DNA from: Candidatus Pristimantibacillus lignocellulolyticus
Lineage (GTDB): Bacteria; Bacillota; Bacilli; Paenibacillales; Paenibacillaceae
Direction of reading: 5' to 3'
Length of the DNA: 64,000 nt
Assembly: GCA_023639215.1 (NCBI GenBank)
Contig: CP097899.1
Span: 4,136,933 to 4,200,932, forward strand
The notes under the pieces are model-generated. The model ran no database searches and was not told the DNA's origin. It saw nothing but the letters and a program-made list of their open reading frames with translations. Below, piece by piece: positions 19,489 through 27,987 of this stretch. The translations under genes were made by a program, and so were the position numbers. The number at the start of each line of letters is the position of its first letter. Position 1 is the stretch's first letter.

Positions 19489-20196
19489 CTAAGTAAGACT
19501 TAAGTTTAATTTTTTCGCAAAGTACTTCATCGATTTGTCAGTACAGTTTCTTGATAATTGTTCTACCAGTTCTGATTTTGCTTCCTCTACTGATAGGTAA
19601 TTGTATTCCCCGATGACCGTTCGCAGCCAACCGTTAGAGGAAATGAAACACATACTATTCCAGCCTGCATCATTTTCGCTAGATTTTGCAGAGCCAGTAA
19701 TGACTATGTCTCCATTATTTTGTAGTTCAACAAGTGCCTTGTCATACTCCTTTTTATCTTCTTTAGCATGCAAACCAGATAACTTTCTTAATTCCCTTGA
19801 ATCAATGTTTTCATGTTCACTAATAACTTTATATAGTTGAAGAGCTGTACCTGAAATGAGCCCATCATAATATCTTTCTCCAACCGTTTTGTTATTTGTA
19901 AGTACAGTTTGTACTGCAGGGAATAGTTTTTTATCAATAAAGCATGCTTTATCTCCGAAGAATTTCCCGTAAGCAGCTATACCATCCTGAACAATCTTAA
20001 TTCGCCAGCTCCATGGATCATTATCGGAATCAGTGTGCCATTCGTTATGAACTGCCGAAGCTGATAGTGAGGGATATTCTGGAATAAAGCTTGAAAAGGG
20101 AAAAATCTTATATTTTCCTACCAAATCTATAAAATCTCTGTATTGTAATACGTCCATCGCTATGTACACCTTCATTTCATATATTTTTTGAAACAA
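19489..20196 (-). CDS. AlkZ-related winged-helix protein
   Basis: WHT....DPWSWR......G.AAYGKFF..KA.FI, then a wHTH (DSRELRK.SG....K..YDKAL.ELQ). Confidence 0.6.
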   Translation of the reverse strand: MFQKIYEMKVYIAMDVLQYRDFIDLVGKYKIFPFSSFIPEYPSLSASAVHNEWHTDSDNDPWSWRIKIVQDGIAAYGKFFGDKACFIDKKLFPAVQTVLTNNKTVGERYYDGLISGTALQLYKVISEHENIDSRELRKLSGLHAKEDKKEYDKALVELQNNGDIVITGSAKSSENDAGWNSMCFISSNGWLRTVIGEYNYLSVEEAKSELVEQLSRNCTDKSMKYFAKKLNLSLT

Positions 20197-20325
20197 TTAA
20201 TGTTATCTTCGATGTATGCTTAATTATCTCATATTTCACTGTAATGGTAAAATTTACAGGTGACGTGTACAACTCCCTCTCACATAATGCATAATGATGT
20301 TACTTCATGTATAATTAGCACTAGT

Positions 20326-20344
20326 TATAGAAGATACGGACAGT
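20326..20344 (+). promoter_or_regulatory. candidate TetR operator upstream of tetR
   Basis: TATAGAAGATACGGACAGT, similar to the two copies at 22366 and 22475; just downstream of TATAAT at 20310-20315. Confidence 0.5.
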
Positions 20345-20368
20345 TCTTTAGTAAAGTGTTGGAGTGAT

Positions 20369-20965
20369 ATGATGAATAAGAAGCAGCAACAATCAAATCA
20401 AACAAAAAAACGAATATTAGATGCATCTAAAGAACTCTTTACTAAAAAGGGCTATGCAGCCACTTCCATTGAAGAAATATCTGATATTACTGGATTCAGT
20501 AAAGGAAATATCTATTATCACTTCAAAAGTAAAGAAGGATTATTTCTAGATATGCTAGATGAATGGGAAGTTGATTGGGCAGATAAGTGGGAAATTAAAA
20601 AGCAAAAGTATACAACTTCTATTGAAAAGTTATATGGTTTGGCAGAGCACCTAGTCGAAGATGATTTTAATCACCCTTTAACGAATGTTGCAGATGAATT
20701 TTATACCACTGAAAAATCAAATAGTGAAGTACATGAACGACTTCAGAAGAGTTTTAATGAGCGTATACAATTTTGTCAGCAATTATTGTTAGATGGTATG
20801 AATTCCGATGAGTTTAAGCAGCATGATAGTTTAATTATGGCAAAAATATTAGATGGAATGGTCATTGGCCTAAGTTCTACATGCAGAGACTTGGAACTAA
20901 AAGAGACGTTAAGGCTCTACAAGCAAGCTATTGATGTATTTTTATACGGTATTGCTCAGAAATAG
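20369..20965 (+). CDS. TetR/AcrR family transcriptional regulator
   Basis: ILDASKELF..KGYAATSIEEI....GFSKGNIYYHFKSKEGLF HTH. Confidence 0.93.
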   Translation: MMNKKQQQSNQTKKRILDASKELFTKKGYAATSIEEISDITGFSKGNIYYHFKSKEGLFLDMLDEWEVDWADKWEIKKQKYTTSIEKLYGLAEHLVEDDFNHPLTNVADEFYTTEKSNSEVHERLQKSFNERIQFCQQLLLDGMNSDEFKQHDSLIMAKILDGMVIGLSSTCRDLELKETLRLYKQAIDVFLYGIAQK

Positions 20966-21000
20966 TTAACTATATTAAATACTTCCCTCTTATTATGTGA

Positions 21001-21046
21001 ATAAACGAAAAGCCCGACTCCACCAGGAATCGGGCTTTTCGTTTAT
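21001..21046. terminator. bidirectional terminator between convergent tetR and MFS genes
   Basis: ataaacgaaaagcccga / tcgggcttttcgtttat perfect inverted repeat. Confidence 0.8.
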
Positions 21047-21052
21047 TTAGCT

Positions 21053-22264
21053 TTAATTTTTTGCTCCTGCTAGTTTGTTTTTACTTTTAGATTTTGCTTG
21101 TACTAACGATAGTATTACGTAGCAGCCTACCAATGTGAGACCAGCTACAATATAAGGTAGCATCAAATTTATGTCATACAGCATACCAGCTAAGCTGGAG
21201 CCCAAAATTGTACCTAGACTTGTATAAGCTGAGTTAAGACCGGCTACATATCCTTGGTCTTCACCTGCTAATTTGGACAAGAATGTTCCTGCTGCTGGTC
21301 GTAATAGATCACATGCTGCAAATATTACGATTGTAACTACTAGTAGTAACCAGAAACTCTTGACGAACAGGATGCTAAGAATACCTATACCGGCTACAAC
21401 TAGACTGAGGTAGATAACCTTCATCTCCCCCATTTTTTTAACTAGAAGGTCTAATACTCCGATTTGAATAATTACACCCGCGATTGCCCCAACTGTCATA
21501 ATCAATGCGATATCTTTAGGACCAGAATTATGTTGAACATCCAAAAATAGTCCAAATACTGTTTCAAAGTTGGAAAGCGCAAACCCAAGAACGAGTAATA
21601 CAATAAGTGCTAAGAAATATGGTGCTTTCATCGAACTAATAAATTGCTCGGCTATACTTTGTTTAGTCGTGTTTGGTACTGAAGCGGGAGTGTTTTTAAT
21701 ACGTTCCGGCTCTGGTAATACAAGAAACGTAAGAATTGCTGCGAATGTAATAGCAATTGCTGCTGTATAGAAAGGAATTCGCGTTCCATATTCAGCAAGA
21801 AATCCTCCTATCCCAGGGCCAATAATAAAACCTGTCGACATTGCTGCCGATACAAACCCCATACCTTTCGCACGTTCATTCTCAGTTGTTATATCAGAGG
21901 TGAATGCCATAACCGCGGGCATTACCATAGCAACTCCAATACCGCCGAGTAGTCTCGATACTTATAACCAAATTACTGAGTTAGCGAATCCAAAGATCCC
22001 TTCAGAGGCTGCTAGTAATAGCAATCCTACGACAATCAATTTTTTCCTTCCAAGTAAATCAGAAAGTTTCCCTGCAAATGGTGAAAATATGAGCTGGGTT
22101 ACTGCAAATGCAGCAGTTAGCAACCCTACAGTGGTTCCATCTAAACCAAGCATTGTAATAAAACTCGGCATTACAGGTACAACTAGGCCAAAAGCAGCCA
22201 TAGACAAGAAAATATTAAGCATTAATAGGATCATTGCACCTTTATTTCTAAATAATAATTCCAT
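21053..22264 (-). pseudogene. Bmr/Blt/NorA-like multidrug MFS transporter interrupted by one in-frame stop
   Basis: ORFs 21962-22264 and 21053-21928 are in the same frame: ...NSVIWL-TAA-VSRLLGGIGVAMVMP...; stop at 21962-21964 where Tyr is expected. Confidence 0.8.
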
Positions 22265-22365
22265 TCTTTATCCTCCAAGTATCCTATTGAATATCTTTCT
22301 CTAACAGCATCAATAATGAATGTTTAATAACGTTTTATAAAAGGATGATATACAAATATTCAAGA

Positions 22366-22493
22366 TATAGAACAAACATTCAGTATTATAAGCAAAAAAA
22401 AGTTTCTCCTCTCCACTTAATAAATAGCTGTCACTTCAATAATACCGTCGAGAGTAAGAGCTAAGTATATTTATTATAGAACAAACGTTCAGT
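22366..22493. promoter_or_regulatory. two copies of a candidate TetR operator upstream of the MFS gene
   Basis: TATAGAACAAACATTCAGT (22366-22384) and TATAGAACAAACGTTCAGT (22475-22493); GAAC-N4-GTTC dyad. Confidence 0.6.
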
Positions 22494-22663
22494 GAAAATC
22501 AACATGAATACTTGATATGTTACTATGTATATCTTTCAACTGTTATCAAGTAAATACGTATAAATGTTCCATTATATTCAGAAATTTTGGTTAAATATTT
22601 TTTAACGCGAAAACGGACACATCTCAATATGATGTGTCCGTTGCTCAAATGGATTTAGTTTAA

Positions 22664-23977
22664 TTAAATCGTAATTTGAATAGTAAACTTTTCTTGATCA
22701 TAATGGGTATAGATATCCCCTTGATATTTCATGCTAACTCTTCTTATGATGTCTAAACCATTTCCTCTTAAACCATCAATATTCACTTTTGAAGTATAAC
22801 CATTTTGAAATAGGCTCTTATACTCCTTGTTGGAAAGTAAAGTAGGATTTTCGACAGAGAAAATATATTTATCATCTATCGTTTTGCAAATCACTTTAAT
22901 TATCTTTGGTTGTGCACCTGAATATACATCAACAGCTTCAATTGCGTTATCTAATAGATTTGAGAGTATTTTGACTACATCCATAGACTCAACTCGACAG
23001 AAATCACTTTGGTCTACTTCAAACTGAATATTAATATCTTTAGATTGCGCCAGCTCCCACTTACTTTGCAAGATGACCATTAACGCAGGGTTTTGTATCC
23101 GTAATGATACATCTAATGCTTTTGAATCAATAGTAAGCTGTTTTAGATATTCTCCTGCTTTTTCATATTGCTTCAAATAAATCAATCCATTAACAACTTG
23201 AATATGATTCATAAGATCGTGTCTGCTAGATTTAAGTGTACTTACGATTTTTCCTAATTCGGAGATATACATTTTTTCAGTTTCTTCGTGATCCTGTTGT
23301 AATTTGTGTTTATACCATTTGTGTAATAGGTACACAGAGGTGATCAGTACGATTGCAAATAAGATATCGATGAAGAATGTAATTTGATTACTCATTACGA
23401 CTTGATGACTTACTTGTTTTAAGTCTTTTGCATCTATATCAATGCCAACAACACCTAAAATATCACCATATTCGTTGTAAAATGGAACTCCTACAGAGAA
23501 ATATGATGTGTTATGTACATCATTTATTATAGTAGTGAAGTAATCCTGTCCGCTCTTAGCTTGTATAATCTGAGCTTCAGGGACAGTACATACTGCTCCA
23601 ATGGAAAATTCAGGTAAACCAGCTGGCATTGCTGTAATCATAACTTTCGAAATATTGCTTTCATCTAACATCAAAATATAAGTGAATAGCGAGTTTATTT
23701 TCTTTTGATATAGTTCTAAATATTGCTTTATTTGCAGATAATTTTCGTCATCTATTTGAGGATTCTCTAGAAACTTTGCATATGATGTTTTATCTAATTC
23801 ATTTGCAATATTATTTGCGATTTCAATATATTGTTTAGCTAATGTAATTCGTGCTGAATTTTCGGTTGTATAATAAGAAATAAGTAATTTTGAACCGGTA
23901 AGAATGCTAAATATAACAATAGAGATAAACATAAAAATAATGATTCTTTTACTAAAGTACTTTTTTCTAAGCTTCAA
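22664..23977 (-). CDS. membrane sensor histidine kinase (GHKL, Spo0B-like HisKA), no adjacent response regulator
   Basis: Two TM segments, extracellular sensor, SRHDLMNH H-box, NLLDNAIEA N-box, GNGLDII G-box. Confidence 0.85.
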   Translation of the reverse strand: MKLRKKYFSKRIIIFMFISIVIFSILTGSKLLISYYTTENSARITLAKQYIEIANNIANELDKTSYAKFLENPQIDDENYLQIKQYLELYQKKINSLFTYILMLDESNISKVMITAMPAGLPEFSIGAVCTVPEAQIIQAKSGQDYFTTIINDVHNTSYFSVGVPFYNEYGDILGVVGIDIDAKDLKQVSHQVVMSNQITFFIDILFAIVLITSVYLLHKWYKHKLQQDHEETEKMYISELGKIVSTLKSSRHDLMNHIQVVNGLIYLKQYEKAGEYLKQLTIDSKALDVSLRIQNPALMVILQSKWELAQSKDINIQFEVDQSDFCRVESMDVVKILSNLLDNAIEAVDVYSGAQPKIIKVICKTIDDKYIFSVENPTLLSNKEYKSLFQNGYTSKVNIDGLRGNGLDIIRRVSMKYQGDIYTHYDQEKFTIQITI

Positions 23978-24158
23978 TGTTCAGTTCCTATTCTGTCGAA
24001 ATATAATGAGAGTACTATTTTATTATATAGATAGTCCAGAAATAAATGTAGTATTAATTTAATAACACTATGAAATTATATACTTTATTAAAACATTAGT
24101 GACTTTATTAGCATGTTAGTTACTATATTATTTTGAAAATATAAACTTAATAGTAGCA

Positions 24159-24593
24159 CTATACACCTACAGAATCTATCATTGTCTCTTCTCCATTTTT
24201 GAATATCTGTATGTTATCGTAATCTTTTTCGTTCGGTAATTGAAATATTCTCGTTTTATTTAATCTATCATCATCGTATTTATCAGTACCCATTTCTTCT
24301 ATGTTAATAATCAGAATACGATCAGCTATCTCAGCAGTAATATTACTAAGATATTTAGCTTCATCTCCCTGAACAACAGTGGAATACTTAACAATTAGAA
24401 ACTGATCTTCGTTTATTAGTGAATATAAGAATAAACCATTTCTATCATTAATAGTTTGAACAAAAGTTTGAGCTTTTTTATTTAATTTTTGAATGTTTAC
24501 TTCCTTAATCACATGATCGGGACTAGTAGTGCATCCACATAAGCAAACTATGATTAATAATAAAATTGAACATATAGTTTTTCTGAATTTCAT
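24159..24593 (-). CDS. hypothetical lipoprotein
   Basis: Signal peptide with LCGC lipobox. Confidence 0.6.
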   Translation of the reverse strand: MKFRKTICSILLLIIVCLCGCTTSPDHVIKEVNIQKLNKKAQTFVQTINDRNGLFLYSLINEDQFLIVKYSTVVQGDEAKYLSNITAEIADRILIINIEEMGTDKYDDDRLNKTRIFQLPNEKDYDNIQIFKNGEETMIDSVGV

Positions 24594-24810
24594 TGAATCA
24601 ACTCCTAATCAATGGTTTAGTTACTACTGTAACAACAAGTATCAATTTATTAATCTAGATCGTCCTGAGAATTTTGTGTTATGTAATAGTAACTTTGATT
24701 ATTGTAACAATTTTTTCCTTTTCAGACCAATAGTTTAACTGCTTACATCCTACACGACCGTGATTAATCATGGCCTAAATAAATATAGATGGATTAATAT
24801 GTAAATACTT

Positions 24811-24854
24811 AAAAACACATTCTTTCATTTGACTGATGAAAGAATGTGTTTTTT
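24811..24854. terminator. terminator after the hydrolase gene
   Basis: aaaaacacattctttca / tgaaagaatgtgtttttt. Confidence 0.7.
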
Positions 24855-24867
24855 GAATGCATCGTAT

Positions 24868-25755
24868 TCAATAATTTATAGCGAGAAATTTCTTAATATC
24901 ATTATTAATTCTCTCCAAGTACTCTTCTGATGGGAAATGACCCATTTCATATTCAGTAATTACTGTTAAATTTGGAATAATTTCTTTAGCCTTTTTAATA
25001 ACTTTTACTGAAGGAAAGAATATGTCTTTATTCCCCGCTATGACCATTGTAGGAGCTAAATATCTAAGTAACTCTTCACTCCCAGCAAGTTTTGGCATAT
25101 CCTGCTCCAATTTTACGTGTTTGAAAATATCACCAATAATATGCTTATCGATTGATTTCATCGTATAATGTGACATTACATCAGCAATCTTTTGTAAATA
25201 TTTTTGAGACGAGGTCATAATAAAAAATAACATAGGAATTAAGATATTTTGTATCATTTTCATTTTCGAACCTAACTGAATACCTGCTGGGGAAACAAGT
25301 ACCGAACATATAATTTTCTCAGGCATAAAAGCTGCTAGTCTTAGTATAATTCCTGCACCGTAAGAAGGACCAATAAACGCACATTTATCTACATTGAAAT
25401 AGTCCATTAGGTCTGAAATCCACAAAGCAAAGCTATCATCTTTTGCAGAAATTCTTGTTTCTGAACTATACCCTGGATGCCCAATTGTATCTGGTGCATA
25501 TATTCGATATTCCTTAAATAATGAAGAAAACCAGGATAAGGTCATAGGGTTAATGCAGTTTCCTCCTTGGAATATGAAGATAGGCTTTCCATGTTCTGGC
25601 CCACTGATCAATGTATGTGTACTCCCAAAACGTGTGTCAACAAAAACTCTTTCAAATTGTTCATCTAACAATTTCAAGTATGCCTCGTAGTTGTCTAGAA
25701 TTTTTTGCTTACCTTCTTGACTCTTAAATATTGTGTGAGCGTTAATAAAAATCAC
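24868..25755 (-). CDS. alpha/beta fold hydrolase
   Basis: GPSYGA nucleophile elbow, DTIGHPGYS, GNKD, MGHF catalytic His. Confidence 0.85.
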   Translation of the reverse strand: MIFINAHTIFKSQEGKQKILDNYEAYLKLLDEQFERVFVDTRFGSTHTLISGPEHGKPIFIFQGGNCINPMTLSWFSSLFKEYRIYAPDTIGHPGYSSETRISAKDDSFALWISDLMDYFNVDKCAFIGPSYGAGIILRLAAFMPEKIICSVLVSPAGIQLGSKMKMIQNILIPMLFFIMTSSQKYLQKIADVMSHYTMKSIDKHIIGDIFKHVKLEQDMPKLAGSEELLRYLAPTMVIAGNKDIFFPSVKVIKKAKEIIPNLTVITEYEMGHFPSEEYLERINNDIKKFLAINY

Positions 25756-25895
25756 CTCTCGACTTATTTATATTCGATGCAAAAGCAAACAATACAGAAA
25801 TAAAAGACCCCTGACAACATCGAATTTCTAATGAGAAAATACGCATGATGTCAGGGGCCCGCTATTTCATTTGCTTATTAGTTTTGAGTATCCAT

Positions 25896-27080
25896 TTAGA
25901 GACTTTGTCCAATTTCATTTTTGTTTTTCTTATTAATTACATTAGTAGGCTCCTTGAAAACTAACTTCAGTATTGGTGGAGCAACAAGTGTAGTAACAAT
26001 TACAACAAGGATGACGGATGTGAAATATTCAGGCAACAATAATCCAGCTTGTAAACCTGTCGATGCAATGATTAACGCAACTTCCCCACGTGAGATCATT
26101 CCTGCTCCGATAGCCATCGAAGATTTATTATTAAATCCAGTTAATCGAGCTCCTAATGCTCCGCCGATCATCTTCGTAACAATTGCGATTATTGTAAGGA
26201 CTAGAACAAATCCAAGTTGAGAACCTACTCCTTCAAAGGAGACATTTAATCCTATGCTTACAAAAAATACTGGAACAAAAATGGAATATGCAATAGGTTC
26301 AACTTTCTTTTCTACTGCATGTTTGAAACTCGTTTGAGAAATAGCAATACCAGCAGCAAACGCACCAATAATTCCTGCCATACCCATTAGATCAGCGAAA
26401 TATGAAAAAGCGAAACAAATGATTAGTGCAACTGTAATAATCGGTTCTGTTACTTTAAGTTTTGATAATAATTTCATGAATTTCGGAACGACTAACCAAC
26501 CGACTACAAAAACGACACCGAAAAACAGTACTTTTTTACCTATAAGTAATCCTAATGAAATTTCTTCACCTGTTCCCATGAAACTCATCATAACAGCAAG
26601 TAATATAACTACTAAAACATCATCAACTACTGCTGCACCTAGAATAGTTGTTCCTTCCCGTGTATTCAATTTATCCATATCTTTCAGCACTTGAACTGTA
26701 ATACTTACTGAAGTTGCACTAAACAATACCCCCATAAATAAGGCAGAAGTTTGTGATAATCCGAATAATTCAGCTACACCGTATGCCCCTATAAAAGGTA
26801 GTATAATTCCAGCGACTGCAACTGAAAATGCACCTTTCCAGTTTTGTTGTAATTGCTTCAAATCAGTCTCTAAACCAGCCATAAACATAAGCAGGAGTAC
26901 ACCTATTTCAGATATATAATGAATAAATTCAGTACTCTCCACCCAGCCTAATACAGCAGGTCCTAAAATAATTCCTACGATCAACTTACCTAAAACAGAC
27001 GGTTGGCCTAGCCTTACTGATAAATCTCCTGCAATTTTCGTGGAAAAAAGAATCAATACTAGATATAAAATAAATTCCAT
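25896..27080 (-). CDS. CPA2 cation:proton antiporter (NapA/GerN-like)
   Basis: SATSVSITVQVL..., ILGAAVVDDV, GMISRGEVAL motifs. Confidence 0.9.
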   Translation of the reverse strand: MEFILYLVLILFSTKIAGDLSVRLGQPSVLGKLIVGIILGPAVLGWVESTEFIHYISEIGVLLLMFMAGLETDLKQLQQNWKGAFSVAVAGIILPFIGAYGVAELFGLSQTSALFMGVLFSATSVSITVQVLKDMDKLNTREGTTILGAAVVDDVLVVILLAVMMSFMGTGEEISLGLLIGKKVLFFGVVFVVGWLVVPKFMKLLSKLKVTEPIITVALIICFAFSYFADLMGMAGIIGAFAAGIAISQTSFKHAVEKKVEPIAYSIFVPVFFVSIGLNVSFEGVGSQLGFVLVLTIIAIVTKMIGGALGARLTGFNNKSSMAIGAGMISRGEVALIIASTGLQAGLLLPEYFTSVILVVIVTTLVAPPILKLVFKEPTNVINKKNKNEIGQSL

Positions 27081-27175
27081 CTAACTCTTCCCTTCTTGTG
27101 TAGTATAACTACGTAGTAAAATAAGCTATAGTAATTCCAATTTGATGCTGTTCCAAATTTTTCTGGTGGTAAGAA

Positions 27176-27241
27176 CAAAAAAAGCCTGTCACCAACAGTC
27201 TACTTTGCAAAAAATCGCATAGTACACCCTTGGTGACAGGC
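27176..27241 (-). ncRNA. structured 5' leader/attenuator of the antiporter gene, candidate Na+/Li+ riboswitch-like element
   Basis: 12-bp stem GCCUGUCACCAA/UUGGUGACAGGC enclosing GGGUG-[UACU..UGCGA/UUGCA..AGUA]-GACUG, then U8; lies between a sigma-A promoter and the CDS. Confidence 0.5.
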
Positions 27242-27274
27242 TCCTCCAAATTGAATAATTATATAGTTTTAATA

Positions 27275-27303
27275 ATTGTACAGTGAAATAATAAAGAGTT
27301 CAA
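27275..27303 (-). promoter_or_regulatory. sigma-A promoter of the antiporter leader
   Basis: TTGAAC-N17-TACAAT on the minus strand. Confidence 0.65.
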
Positions 27304-27462
27304 GTGTAATGGTATTATTTACGTGCTGGAGGTCGTATTTTCCTGGCATCATGCCCGTTGAAATCGCTGTTGGAATACAGAAAGTTCTTTAAAATGATTA
27401 GATGTATTATTGTCCGATTTATGTTACGATTTTACTTATAACGAAAGAGGAAGTGAATTCAC

Positions 27463-27819
27463 TTGATTCAGATTACTGTACCAACGCCAGATGTTACGAT
27501 TACAAAACAAGAAAATCCCGAACTTAGCAATATTTATGGCTTTACTGATTTCCATCTTATTTCGCGCGAACTTGGCGGCATCTTCATGTTCTATAACGAG
27601 CAAGATGAGCTATTGTTCGTTGGCAAGGCGCGTAAGCTACGCCCTCGTATTAAGAAACATTTCGAAGATTCAGTATCCGTTATGAAAGCAAAACGCGACG
27701 AAGTGTTCAAAATCGAAGTTTGCATAGTCGAAGACGCTGTCGATCGGGAAATCTATGAGACATTCATTATCAATCGCCGCAGAGCGAGATACAATATGGA
27801 TAAAGTATATTACAAGTAA
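27463..27819 (+). CDS. standalone GIY-YIG nuclease (UvrC N-terminal-like)
   Basis: GGIFMFYN....LLFVGKARKLRPRI..HF, EIYETFIIN motif. Confidence 0.8.
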   Translation: MIQITVPTPDVTITKQENPELSNIYGFTDFHLISRELGGIFMFYNEQDELLFVGKARKLRPRIKKHFEDSVSVMKAKRDEVFKIEVCIVEDAVDREIYETFIINRRRARYNMDKVYYK

Positions 27820-27881
27820 TGAATAATGCTGATGCATAGTCCAACTGAGTAGGTTATCTTCGCAAAAGGGTTATAAAATGC

Positions 27882-27922
27882 AAAAAAACGTATTCCAGAA
27901 CGTTCATGGAATACGTTTTTTT
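27882..27922. terminator. bidirectional terminator between GIY-YIG and UvrA-like genes
   Basis: A7-cgtattcca / tggaatacg-T7. Confidence 0.75.
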
Positions 27923-27987
27923 ATTGCAAATAATATTGAATTATTATAGCCTTAATAAGGCTATATATCTCTAAGTTGAATATTAAT

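Noticed and set aside
21900-22304. 134-aa plus-strand ORF spanning the MFS nonsense codon
   Set aside because: Antisense shadow; the in-frame stop on the minus strand explains the split better
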